Shown here piece after piece: positions 11,361 to 20,998 of a DNA stretch of 64,000 bases. The position numbers and the translations under genes are program-made. The notes under the pieces are model-generated. The model had not been told where the DNA came from and did no database searches. It saw only the letters and a list, made by a program, of their open reading frames with translations. The stretch's first letter is position 1, and every line of letters begins with the position of its first letter. The stretch is taken from assembly GCA_963825525.1 (NCBI GenBank), contig CAWGTN010000002.1, positions 384,001 through 448,000 on the forward strand. Direction: 5' to 3'. This DNA comes from an uncultured Chloroflexia bacterium. GTDB taxonomy: Bacteria > Chloroflexota > Limnocylindria > QHBO01.

Positions 11361-11425
11361 GCGGGCTCCATTGGCGAGGCGGCCAGGATGAGAGCTCGAC
11401 GCACGGCGGCTAGTATACGGTCGCC

Positions 11426-11962
11426 GTGCAGCCCGTCCATGAACACCGATTTCAACCCCAGCCCGCGGGCAGTCTGACCCTGCGCCAGTTCGTCGAATCT
11501 CTTCGCCGATGGACGCCGGAGATGCGCCAGATGGTGCAGATCGCGCTCACTCGCACGGCGGAAGAACGCGGGACCTACCTCCAGCAGTTCCATGCCGGCC
11601 ATCACGAGCGGCAGCCCGGACCACTCGACGGCTTCATGCGATGGGCGTACTCCGACCCGCGGCTGGAGGACATCCCCCTCCTGCTGGCCGAGCTGGACCG
11701 CACCGATGGGGACTACGCGGGCGCGCTGGAGCACGAGGCCGATGTCCTCGTCCGGGAACGCGCTCATGGCAAGTCGGCGGCTCAGCGCGTGGCGGACTAC
11801 CTCGCCCTGCTCGGCATGGAGACGAGCGATCGCGTCCGCGCCGCGGTGGCAAGCCTGCTTCCGCCGGAGACGCCGGCCCCGGCCGTTACCGCCACCATCC
11901 GGCAGATGCGCCGCAGATGGCTCGAGCTGTATGGCGACGATCCCTTCTTCGGCGAGGATTGA
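11426..11962 (+). CDS. Hypothetical protein
   Basis: 178-aa ORF with protein-like composition after TAGTAT -10-like box; no family recognised. Confidence 0.6.
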   Translation: MQPVHEHRFQPQPAGSLTLRQFVESLRRWTPEMRQMVQIALTRTAEERGTYLQQFHAGHHERQPGPLDGFMRWAYSDPRLEDIPLLLAELDRTDGDYAGALEHEADVLVRERAHGKSAAQRVADYLALLGMETSDRVRAAVASLLPPETPAPAVTATIRQMRRRWLELYGDDPFFGED

Positions 11963-11963
11963 C

Positions 11964-12584
11964 GTGAGGTCGCGGCGCACGCTGGGGTGGGCGTTGATCG
12001 CCTACGGCATGCTCGGCATCGCACTCATCGTGGGCGGAGCACCGGCCGGCCTGTCGCTGGCGGCGAGCGTCGAACGACTCGCGGTCACGGCCGACGACAC
12101 GCTCCGCGCGGCCGTGACGAGTACCGAGGCCGCCGCGGCAGCATTCGTGAACGTGGATGGCAGTCTCGCTCAGGCGGAGTCATCGGCAGGGTCGGCCGCC
12201 CAGCTCTCGCGCGACGCATCGGGCACGCTGGCCTCACTCGCGGCCGCCATGGAGCTCTCGGTGTTCGGCGTTCAGCCGCTGTTGCCGCTGGCCGGCGAAT
12301 TCGAGACCAGCGCCAGCCAGGCATCGGCTCTGGGCGATGAGCTGGCGGATGTGGCGGGTTCGATGGGCGGAACCCGGGAGGACGTGGCCCGCATCGGCAC
12401 CGAGCTCAGTGGGTTGAGCACCGAGCTCGGCAAGCTCAGGGAAGCGGGCGGGAGCGGTAGTGCTCCCCCTCCGATCCGCGCGTTCGTCCTGCTCCTGCTC
12501 GCCTGGCTGATGGTTCCGGCGGTCGGCGGCATCGTGGGTGGCGCCGCGCTCCTCAGATCCGGGATGCCACGCTCAACGACCTGA
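11964..12584 (+). CDS. Hypothetical membrane protein (TM, Ala/Ser-rich helical region, TM)
   Basis: GTG immediately after upstream stop; two hydrophobic segments flank a helical region. Confidence 0.65.
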   Translation: MRSRRTLGWALIAYGMLGIALIVGGAPAGLSLAASVERLAVTADDTLRAAVTSTEAAAAAFVNVDGSLAQAESSAGSAAQLSRDASGTLASLAAAMELSVFGVQPLLPLAGEFETSASQASALGDELADVAGSMGGTREDVARIGTELSGLSTELGKLREAGGSGSAPPPIRAFVLLLLAWLMVPAVGGIVGGAALLRSGMPRSTT

Positions 12585-12588
12585 AGGA

Positions 12589-13797
12589 TCAATCGGCGGT
12601 GCGGATCACCCGTCGCAGGCGCAGCAACGCCCCGACATACAACACCACGCCGATCCCGAGCAGCGCGAAGAGCATCCACGGTGTGGTCACCGACCCTCGG
12701 AGCATGAGGTCCTGGAGCGTGGCGATGCCGTGGGTCACCGGCAACGCGTACGCGATGTACTGCATCCACTCGGCGAAATCGCTGACGGGCAGAACGAATC
12801 CGGAGAAGAAGACGCTCGCCAGGAGGATGAGCATGCTCAGCTGCACCGCCTGCCGCTCCGAGTCCGCGACCAGGGAGATCAGCAGCCCGAACCCGAGCGA
12901 CGCGAACGTCAGCAGCAGCACGATCCCGGCGAACATCGCGATGCTCCCGAGCAGGGGAACCCCCAGCACCCCGACCAGCAGCGCGCCAACGATGCCGCTC
13001 ACCACCAGGCTGAGTGCCGCGTAGGCCACGTACTTGCCGACAAGAAGCTCCATCGACGTCACCGGGGCCACCCTGAATCGGTCCATCTGGCCGGACAGCC
13101 GCTCACGGACCATCGACAGGGCGGTCAGCGTGATGGCCAGGTGCTGGATCACGAGCGCGAAGACTGCCGGGCCGAAGAAGTTCAGGACCTGCGGCTGCGA
13201 GGGCGCCACGTTCTCGGTCTCGGCCGTCGTGGGCCGCGCAATGACCTCGGGCGGAATGTTGGTGGCGGCCGGCCCCAGCTCACCCTCCGCGAAGTCGATC
13301 CCCTCGCCGGCCGCGCGCTCCACGATCTCGGCATTCAGGCTGCTCACCAGGATCGAGGTGGCCAACGTGGCCAATTGGTCGTAGACCGGGTCGACCTGGT
13401 TCCACGCCACGCGGATCGTCGTCTGGCGCCCAGCACGCAGCTCCTTCTCAGAGTCCTGCGGGACGATGACCAACAGGTCCATCTCGCCGTTGCGGAGGCG
13501 CTGTTCGGCCGCCGCACGGTCCTCGGACACCCGCGTCACTTCGAGGCGGCCGGGGGCCAGGCTCTCGTACGACTCGGCGGATCGCGAGAAGTCGCTTCCA
13601 ACGGGCACCACGATCTCCGTGGCGAAGGGGGCGCGGTAGCCGCTGTAGCCGAGTCCGAACAGAAACATCACGAGGAACGGGCCGAGGATGAGGCTGAGGA
13701 CGACCCCGGGGCGCCGGAGGACCTCTCGGAGCTCCTTGCCCGTGAACGAGGCCATGCGGACCACGCTGTGCGAGATGCCCTGCCAGGCGCTACCCAC
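12589..13797 (-). CDS. ABC-2 type transporter permease
   Basis: KELREVLR, SMVRER.SG, LLVGKY, FFSGFVLP, LPVTH motifs. Confidence 0.9.
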   Translation of the reverse strand: MGSAWQGISHSVVRMASFTGKELREVLRRPGVVLSLILGPFLVMFLFGLGYSGYRAPFATEIVVPVGSDFSRSAESYESLAPGRLEVTRVSEDRAAAEQRLRNGEMDLLVIVPQDSEKELRAGRQTTIRVAWNQVDPVYDQLATLATSILVSSLNAEIVERAAGEGIDFAEGELGPAATNIPPEVIARPTTAETENVAPSQPQVLNFFGPAVFALVIQHLAITLTALSMVRERLSGQMDRFRVAPVTSMELLVGKYVAYAALSLVVSGIVGALLVGVLGVPLLGSIAMFAGIVLLLTFASLGFGLLISLVADSERQAVQLSMLILLASVFFSGFVLPVSDFAEWMQYIAYALPVTHGIATLQDLMLRGSVTTPWMLFALLGIGVVLYVGALLRLRRVIRTAD

Positions 13798-14788
13798 GTG
13801 CCTGGTCCTCCAGCGGCTCGGGAGCGGGTCGTCCCTCGCGCGAGGCTCGCCGGCGCTCGACCAGCCCGGTGAAGACCTCGTCGAAGGTCGGCTGATGCTC
13901 CTCGAGACCGGTCACGCCGATGCCGGCGCGGCGAAGGGTCTCGATGATCTGCGGCGTGGTGCTCGCGGCGTCCTCGGTCGTGACGATGAGCTTGCGGGCA
14001 GCCGGCTGGCGCACTCCGGTCACACCGGCCACGCTGGCCAGGACATCGGCGTCGACCGCGCGCTCGGTGTTCACCTCCAGCACTTCTCCGCCGAAGACGA
14101 GCCGGCGCAGGGCGTCGGGCGTGTCGAGCGCGACGAGTTCACCATCGGCAATGAGGGCCACCCGGTCGCAGTACTCGGCCTCGGTGACGTACTGCGTCGT
14201 GACCACCAGGGTTCGTCCGTCGTCTCGAAGCGCCCGGAGCTCGTCCCAGATCGCCTGGCGCAGGACCGGATCGATCCCGGCCGTGGGCTCGTCAACGAAC
14301 AGCACATCCGGGCGGTGGACCAGCGCGCAGGCGAGCTCGAGCCGGCGCTGCATGCCGCCTGAGAGGTCGCGCGCCAACCGGTGGCGAGCGTCATAGAGGT
14401 CCACGACCTCGAGCGCCCGCCGGATCTCGCGCCGACGTCGGAACGGCCCGATGCCGTAGAGGGCGGCAACGAACCCGACGTTCTCCTGGGCGGAGAGATC
14501 CTCGTACAGGCTGAACAGCTGGGGCATGTACGCGATGCGCCCGCGCGTCCTGCGGGTGAAGTCCATCGGGTCCTCGCCGAGAACGCTGATCTCACCTTCG
14601 TTACGGCCCAGCGTCCCGGTCAGCATCCGGATGGTCGTGGTCTTGCCCGACCCGCTCGGGCCGACGACGCCGAGGATGGTGCCGCGCTCAACCTCGAACG
14701 AGAGGTCATCGACGACGGTGCGGTCCTCGAAGGCGCGAGTCACGTGGGCGACCGAGATGATCGGTTGCGTGGCTTGTGGTGCGGTCAC
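13790..14788 (-). CDS. ABC transporter ATP-binding protein
   Basis: GPSGSGKTT, LSGGMQRR, DEPTAGIDP. Confidence 0.92.
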   Translation of the reverse strand: MTAPQATQPIISVAHVTRAFEDRTVVDDLSFEVERGTILGVVGPSGSGKTTTIRMLTGTLGRNEGEISVLGEDPMDFTRRTRGRIAYMPQLFSLYEDLSAQENVGFVAALYGIGPFRRRREIRRALEVVDLYDARHRLARDLSGGMQRRLELACALVHRPDVLFVDEPTAGIDPVLRQAIWDELRALRDDGRTLVVTTQYVTEAEYCDRVALIADGELVALDTPDALRRLVFGGEVLEVNTERAVDADVLASVAGVTGVRQPAARKLIVTTEDAASTTPQIIETLRRAGIGVTGLEEHQPTFDEVFTGLVERRRASREGRPAPEPLEDQARG

Positions 14789-14923
14789 GGCCGTGCCGAA
14801 TGCAAGTCGTGTGCCGCCCGCCGAGCAAGCCCTCGGCGCGAATTGGGATCCCCTGGTCCGGTCCGTTCCGGCATGCGATGTGCCAGTCGAAGCGGTGTAG
14901 CCGATGAGGAGACCAGCAACCCG

Positions 14924-15175
14924 ATGACCAGCATGACCGCCGACGAGCGTGACGATCTTCGCAAGGACCAGTTCGCCTACGTCGACCGCGAGGGTGGCGA
15001 GCACCTGCCGATCCACGACGAGTCCCACGTGCGAAACGCCATTGCTCGCTTCAACCAGACCGATTTCGAGAGCAAGACGGCCAAGGAGGAGGCGCGCAAG
15101 AAGATCCTGCGCGCCGCCGATCGGCACGGCATCGAAGTGGACGAGGACAGCAACGTCCGCCAACCGGTGCGCTGA
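14924..15175 (+). CDS. DUF6582-like small protein (83 aa)
   Basis: FAY...LPIHDESHVRNAIARFNQTDF...ARKKILRAA; GAGGAG RBS; TGATG coupling to Ku. Confidence 0.75.
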   Translation: MTSMTADERDDLRKDQFAYVDREGGEHLPIHDESHVRNAIARFNQTDFESKTAKEEARKKILRAADRHGIEVDEDSNVRQPVR

Positions 15176-16006
15176 TGCGACCGATCTGGAAGGGCGCAAT
15201 CAGCTTCGGGATGGTCACCATCCCGGTGAAGGTCTACACGGCCACCGAGGGGAAGGACGTGCGGTTCCGGCTCCTCCACAAGACGGACGGAGCGCCGATC
15301 GAGGAGAAGCGGTTCTGCACCGAGGATGGGAAGGAAGTGGCCTGGGATGACCTCGTCCGTGGATACGAGGTCAGCAAGGGCGAGTTCGTGATCCTGGAGC
15401 CCGACGAGATCGACGCAGCCAAGCCTGAAAGCAGCACGACGATCGACATCGGCGACTTCGTGGAGGCTTCGGAGATCGACGCCGTCTACTTCGAGAAGAG
15501 CTACTTCCTCGAGCCGACCGGGGTCGGTGCCAAGCCCTTCAGCCTCCTGCGCCGCGCGCTCGAGGAGACCGATCGAGTGGCCCTGGCACGCGTGACACTC
15601 CGAACCCGGGAGCGGCTCGCCACGCTCCGCACGTACGAGGACACGCTGCTCCTCGAGACGATGTTCTGGCCCGATGAGATTCGATCGACCGGTGCGCTGG
15701 ACCTTCCCGAAGGCGAGGAGGCGCGCGTCCGTGGCAAGGAGCTCGACATGGCGCGAACCCTCATCGGCGATCTGGCCGACCGGTTCCGTCCCGAGCGCTA
15801 TACCGACACATACCGGACGGCGCTCGAGAGCCTGATCGAGCAGAAGATGCGGGGCGAGGTAAAGAACTCGAAGCGTCGAAAGGCCGAGCCCAAGGTCATC
15901 GACCTCATGGAGGCGCTCAAGGCGAGTGTTGCGGAGGCCGGCAAGAAGGGCACGAAGCGTCGCTCCGACCGCGGGCCGGCAGAAGAAGCGCCGCTCCGCC
16001 GCCTGA
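15175..16006 (+). CDS. ku: Ku NHEJ protein; frameshift near 15967 removes the true stop
   Basis: MRPIWKGAISFGMVTIPVK, VRGYE, YFEKSYFL, VIDLMEALKASV; basic tail ends at TGA 16004-16006 after correction. Confidence 0.92.
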
Positions 16007-16011
16007 GTCGG

Positions 16012-16230
16012 CTAGAAGCGCTCCTGCTCTTCCTCGAGGTCGTCGCCGCCGACGCTCCCCGACCGCTCGGGTTCCGCGGATCCGCCGACACCGAGCGTGA
16101 CGTCCGCCCGCGACGTCCCCTCCACTTCGCGACGCTCACCCGGAGTGAAGCTGTCGCTCGTGTCGTCGGGCGTCAGGTCGCCGGTGGCGCCGGTCATGCC
16201 GCCACCACCGGCGTTGCCGCGATCGGTCAT
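16012..16230 (-). CDS. Small acidic hypothetical protein (72 aa)
   Basis: ATG overlaps corrected SRPBCC stop (ATGA); G/D/E/T-rich. Confidence 0.55.
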   Translation of the reverse strand: MTDRGNAGGGGMTGATGDLTPDDTSDSFTPGERREVEGTSRADVTLGVGGSAEPERSGSVGGDDLEEEQERF

Positions 16231-16692
16231 CGCTGGCTTCCCGCCTCGACCTCGCCGCGCCAGGCGCCCGATCTCGGAGCCGCGGCTCTCGATGAACTCC
16301 TTGAAGCGTTCGAGGTCGCCCTTGACCTGACGGTCGAGGAACCCGAGCGCGCTTCCGACGGTCTCGACCAGTCCCTCTGGGTCAGCGTCCAGCTGCAGGG
16401 TCACCCGGGTCGTCTCGTCGTCGATGCGGTGAAAAGTCACGACGCCGGCGTTATCGGCGCCCGAGGTGGAGTTCCACGCCACGCGCTCGTCGGCATGCTG
16501 CTCGGTGACCTCGGCGTCCCACTCCTTTTCCTTGCCCGCCACCTCGGCAACCCAATGGAGATGGGTGTCATCGGTCTGCGTGACCGACTTCACGCCTTCC
16601 ATGAAGTGAGGGAAGTCCTCGAACTGGGTCCACTGGTTGTAGGCGGTGCTGACGGGCACCTTGACGTCGATGCTCTCTACGACGGAAGCCAT
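16227..16692 (-). CDS. SRPBCC/polyketide cyclase family protein; frameshift near 16268
   Basis: VPVSTAYNQWTQFEDFPHFMEGV, NAGVVTFH, GDLERFKEFIE; corrected end GAWRGEV; GAGGAG RBS. Confidence 0.9.
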
Positions 16693-16860
16693 GGTCGATC
16701 TCCTCTGCGCGTGCGGCGCGATGCGATACGTGGTTGCCTGACCACCTTGCAAGGGACGCGCCAGCGCGCACCTCCTCCCATCCCGGCTGAGGGCAAAGGG
16801 TCCGTATACTCATGAGGCCCGCCGCCACCCAGCCCGTCCCGATGTGCCCGCGGAGGCTCC

Positions 16861-19077
16861 GTGCAGTTCACTCCCCCGAGCGTCCCCCGTAAGCCGAGTG
16901 CGTGGCTCGCTCTCGGGTGGCTGGCCGCGATGATCCTGGTCGCCTCGATCGCGCCGGCGCGGGTATCGGCGCACGCCGAGCTCGTGACCTCCGACCCGAT
17001 CGCGAACAGCTCACTTGTCGAGGCCCCGTCGACCCTGACGGTGACGTTCAGCGAACGGATCGATCCTGATCGGGCCAGCATCGAGGTACTCGATCTCCAG
17101 CTGCGCCCGGTCGCGGGCGTCGGGCCGGCGCGGGTCGACCCCGAGGGCGTCACCGTCACCTTGGACCTGCCCGTCCTGGATCCGGACGTCTACACCGTCC
17201 GCTATGACGTGGTATCGACGACCGATGGCCACACGACCAGTGGGTTCTATGCGTTCATCGTCGATCCGACCGGTGCCCAGGCGCCGCCGAGCTCGACGCC
17301 CACCGCAACGTCCCCCTCCGCGGACGCGTTGGCGGTTGCTGCCCGCTGGCTGAGCCTGCTGGGCACGCTGATCGGGCTCGGCACCCTGGTGACCTGGTGG
17401 CACTCCGGCCGCCCGCTGGGCTTCCTGGTGCCCTGGCGCCTCGTGGCCGTGTCATCGTTCGTGGGCGCAGGGGCGCTGGCGGTCTACCTCATGCTCTCCG
17501 CCCGCACCATTCCCCCGGGGCCGGGTGGCCTGCCATTCGACCCTGCGGCCGCGTTCGGGTGGACGCCGTTTGCGGTGGCGATGCGAGTGGCCCTGCTGGG
17601 CGGACTGCTGGCCGGGTCGCTTGCCATCCTCGGAGCGATACGAGGGTCAGCCACCGGTCGGTGGTTGGTCGTCGCCGTGGCGCTTGCGGTCGGCACCTCG
17701 CTGGCGGGAATGAGCGCCGGCGGCCATGGATCGTCCCTCGGTGGACCCGTCAACGGGGCGATCGACTGGCTCCACCTGGTGGCGGCGGCTGCGTGGCTCG
17801 GGGGCATCCCGGCGATCTACGTCATGGGGCGAAGAACCGCGACGCGGGACGTGCTGCGCCGGCATGGCAGGCTGGCCCTGGTTGCGGCCCCACTCGTCAT
17901 CCTGACCGGGGTCGCCAACTCCCCCCTGGTCCTGGGCTCGGCGCGCGGCCTGGTGGCCAGCGAGTACGGCAACCTGCTGCTCGCCAAGGCCACGTTGGCC
18001 AGCATCGCGCTCGCAATCGGCGCTGTGAACCACTTCCTCCTCCGCGGTCGCGGGCGCGGGAGCGCGTCCCTCCTGGTCGCCGCCGAGCTCTCGGTGGCGG
18101 TGGTGGCCGTGCTGGCTGCCGCCACGATGGTGACGGTCCAGCCAGCTGCGGCCCGCCAGGACGTTGTGATCGGGCCGGCCATTCAGCCCGCGCACTTCTT
18201 CGGTGAGGCCGGTCCCACGTCGATCCATGCCTCGGTCAGCATCCCAGCCCCGGGCCGCCAGACGTACCAGGTCACCCTTCGCGACGCCGATACGGGAGCG
18301 CCCCGCGACGACATCCAGAAGGTCTTCCTCGAGTTCACGCCAGTGGAGACCATCGGGCTTGGCACCGAACGCATCGAGCTGGAGCCGAACACGCTCGAGG
18401 GTCTGTACTCGACGGCCGCGGCGGCCACCCCGGTCATCGGCGAGTGGCAGATGCGCGTTGTCGTCCGGCGCGCCGGTGCGCTCGACGAGTCCGTCGAGTT
18501 CGGGATGGCGGTACAGGAGCCCGGCCCCGCCCTGCGTGCCCCGCCGCCGGATACCGGCATCGGCGTCCCGTCACCGATGGCGGCGCTGTGGACGGCGCTG
18601 CCCTCGGGGTTGTCGGGCTGGATCCCGGCCTTCGCGTTGCTCGGGTTAGGCATATGGCTCGGCCGCGTTCATGCGGGACTCGCTCGCCTGCGCATCCCGG
18701 TCCTGGCGCTGGCCGTGATCCTGTTCCTCGGCGTCGGATCTCGTTCCCTGGTGGAGGGTGCGAATCGGCCGACGGTGTCGGACCTGGCGCCATACGCAAG
18801 TGCCGCCGCCGGGGATCCCGAGATCGGCGAGCGCATCTACCGGGCGAACTGCGCGGCGTGCCACGGGACCGATGGCACCGGCGACGGTCCGGTGCAGACG
18901 GCCGTGACACCGAGGTCGCTTGCCGATCGGGTCCCCGCCCTCTCCGACGCCGAGGTGTCGTACCGTATTGCGACGGGCACCGCGGGCACGCCGATGCCGG
19001 CCTTTGCCGCCAGCCTGACCGAACAGGAGCGCGATGACCTCGTGAGCTACCTTCGGGCCAGGTGGGGCACGCCGTGA
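16861..19077 (+). CDS. CopC-CopD-Ig-like-cytochrome c fusion protein
   Basis: Signal peptide then HAELVTSDP...DGH (CopC); GH, WLHLVAAAAWLGG, YGNLLLAK (CopD); CAACH and MPAF (cytochrome c). Confidence 0.88.
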   Translation: MQFTPPSVPRKPSAWLALGWLAAMILVASIAPARVSAHAELVTSDPIANSSLVEAPSTLTVTFSERIDPDRASIEVLDLQLRPVAGVGPARVDPEGVTVTLDLPVLDPDVYTVRYDVVSTTDGHTTSGFYAFIVDPTGAQAPPSSTPTATSPSADALAVAARWLSLLGTLIGLGTLVTWWHSGRPLGFLVPWRLVAVSSFVGAGALAVYLMLSARTIPPGPGGLPFDPAAAFGWTPFAVAMRVALLGGLLAGSLAILGAIRGSATGRWLVVAVALAVGTSLAGMSAGGHGSSLGGPVNGAIDWLHLVAAAAWLGGIPAIYVMGRRTATRDVLRRHGRLALVAAPLVILTGVANSPLVLGSARGLVASEYGNLLLAKATLASIALAIGAVNHFLLRGRGRGSASLLVAAELSVAVVAVLAAATMVTVQPAAARQDVVIGPAIQPAHFFGEAGPTSIHASVSIPAPGRQTYQVTLRDADTGAPRDDIQKVFLEFTPVETIGLGTERIELEPNTLEGLYSTAAAATPVIGEWQMRVVVRRAGALDESVEFGMAVQEPGPALRAPPPDTGIGVPSPMAALWTALPSGLSGWIPAFALLGLGIWLGRVHAGLARLRIPVLALAVILFLGVGSRSLVEGANRPTVSDLAPYASAAAGDPEIGERIYRANCAACHGTDGTGDGPVQTAVTPRSLADRVPALSDAEVSYRIATGTAGTPMPAFAASLTEQERDDLVSYLRARWGTP

Positions 19078-19104
19078 TCGCGATCCAGACGAGGAGAAGA
19101 TGAG

Positions 19105-19479
19105 ATGCAGAGACTTGTGCGCCCGCTGACCGCACTCGCCGCGGGGACGTTGCTCCTCGCCGGCTGCGCGGGGGGCGAATCGGGCTGCACGGACCTCCCG
19201 GACCGTGTCGAGATCACCGTGACCGCCGAGGCATTGGTTCCCGCCCAGCCCGCGGTGTGTGCAGGGCACGAGGTGACGCTGGTCCTGACCGCCGAGGTCG
19301 ACGGAGTGCTCCACATCCATGGCTACGACGAAGAGGCGCCGGCGACCCCGATCGTGGCCGGCGAGGTCAAGGAGCTCACGTTCACGGCGTCCCGCAGCGG
19401 TCAGTTTCCGGTGGAGCTCCACAGCAATGACGACCCGCAGGGCGTCGATGTAGGGATCTTCACAGTCCATGAGCCCTAG
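19105..19479 (+). CDS. Cupredoxin-like lipoprotein
   Basis: LAGC lipobox, LHIHGYD, GQFPVELH; GAGGAG RBS. Confidence 0.75.
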   Translation: MQRLVRPLTALAAGTLLLAGCAGGESGCTDLPDRVEITVTAEALVPAQPAVCAGHEVTLVLTAEVDGVLHIHGYDEEAPATPIVAGEVKELTFTASRSGQFPVELHSNDDPQGVDVGIFTVHEP

Positions 19480-20998
19480 CCGACGGACTGCCGCGGTCGC
19501 CGCGGCCCTGGTCTTGCTGCTCATGCTCATCCCGGGTCGCGTGGCAGCGCACGCCGTCGGCGGGACGTTCGAGCTGCCGGTGCCGCTGTGGCTCTATCTG
19601 GCCGGTGCCGGCGCCGCCGTGGCTGCGTCGTTCGTCGTGCTGGCCGTGGCGTCGCGCGGGGCACCCAGGGCAGCGCCCATCATCCCGATTCCTGCGTCAC
19701 TGGAGCACGTCGCCCGGCCCGTGCTCCGTGCCCTCGGGATGGTGTGGTGGTACGGCGCCATCGTGGTTGGGTTCGTGATCGGCGACATCTCGCCGCTGCC
19801 GGCCGTGCTGCTGTGGATCGGCATCTGGGTCGGTCTGCCCATCGTCTCGGTGCTGATCGGCAATCCATGGCCGTCGCTCAGCCCATTCCGCACGACCTTC
19901 GCGGGTCTCGAGTGGCTGGCGCGGCGTGCCGGCGCGGGTCGGCTGGACCTGGGCCTCACCTACCCTCCGGGCCTGGCGCGCTGGCCGGCATTCGCTCTTC
20001 TGGCGATTGCCATCTGGGTCGAGCTCGTGCTGCCGGGCGGCGAGGTGGCGGGCACCGTGGCGGTCCTCATGCTGTCGTACACGGTGATCACCTTGGCCGG
20101 GATGCTGTCCGTTGGACCCGCCGCATGGCTCCGTCACGCCGAACTGTTCGAGGTCCTGCTCGGTTGGTTCGGCAGGATCGGGCCGATCGGTCGCATCTCG
20201 ACCGATCCCGCCCTGTGCGCCGGCTGCGGCGATGAATGCGATCCGTCCCGATGCGTTGATTGCCCCGAGTGCTCCACCACGGCCGATGATGGCGAACGCC
20301 ATGCGGTGCTGCGGCCCTGGGCCGCCGGGCTGATGGACGCGGGCCGGTCCGGTCCGTCCGACGCGGCATTCATCATCCTGGCGCTGGCCGGCGTCACCTA
20401 CGACGGACTGCAAGAGACCTCGATCGGTGGATGGCTGTTCGACCTCGTCTACGGTCCACTCGCCTCGCTGCTGGGTCCCACGGACGCCCGGACGTTCCTC
20501 CTCGCCGAGACGGCGCAGTTCGCGCTGGTCTTCGTCTCATTCATGGCGGCCTTCGTGCTGGTGATCGCGTCGGCCCGGCTCATCGGCGCATCTCAGCACC
20601 GGCGACCCCTCGGGTCGGACCTCGGCCGCTACGCGATCACCCTGCTCCCGATCGCGGGCGGATACCTCATCGCGCACTACTTCACGCTGGTCATCCAGGG
20701 CATCGTCTGGCTGCCGTCGCTGATCGTCGATCCGTTGATGAGCCTGGCCCCCCAGCTCGACGCCATCCCGATTGCTCTCGTCTGGTACACGAGCGTCGGG
20801 GCGATCGTGGTCGGGCACGTCATCGGGATCGTGCTGGCGCATCGGCTTGCGAAGGCGGATGACCCGAGCCGCTCGACCATCGCCGGCCTACCCCTGGTCG
20901 GGTTGATGATCGGATACACGGTCCTGTCACTCTGGATCATCGCCGCGCCGCTGGTCGTCGAGCCCGGTATTCCGCCGGCCGCGCTGCTCCTTCCATGA
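19469..20998 (+). CDS. FedB-like (annotated fenitrothion hydrolase) polytopic membrane protein
   Basis: AHAVG..ELPVPLWLY, SPFRT, TYDG, LLPIAGGYLIAHY, VVGHVIGIVLAH, LMIGYTVLSLW. Confidence 0.75.
   Translation: MSPSRRTAAVAAALVLLLMLIPGRVAAHAVGGTFELPVPLWLYLAGAGAAVAASFVVLAVASRGAPRAAPIIPIPASLEHVARPVLRALGMVWWYGAIVVGFVIGDISPLPAVLLWIGIWVGLPIVSVLIGNPWPSLSPFRTTFAGLEWLARRAGAGRLDLGLTYPPGLARWPAFALLAIAIWVELVLPGGEVAGTVAVLMLSYTVITLAGMLSVGPAAWLRHAELFEVLLGWFGRIGPIGRISTDPALCAGCGDECDPSRCVDCPECSTTADDGERHAVLRPWAAGLMDAGRSGPSDAAFIILALAGVTYDGLQETSIGGWLFDLVYGPLASLLGPTDARTFLLAETAQFALVFVSFMAAFVLVIASARLIGASQHRRPLGSDLGRYAITLLPIAGGYLIAHYFTLVIQGIVWLPSLIVDPLMSLAPQLDAIPIALVWYTSVGAIVVGHVIGIVLAHRLAKADDPSRSTIAGLPLVGLMIGYTVLSLWIIAAPLVVEPGIPPAALLLP

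Noticed and set aside
16012-16752. SRPBCC fused to an acidic tail
   Set aside because: The GAWRGEV end and an ATGA junction appear in the shifted frame; two genes joined by an indel.
15175-16815. 546-aa Ku with long C-terminal extension
   Set aside because: Extension is antisense to SRPBCC and arises from a one-base insertion near 15967.
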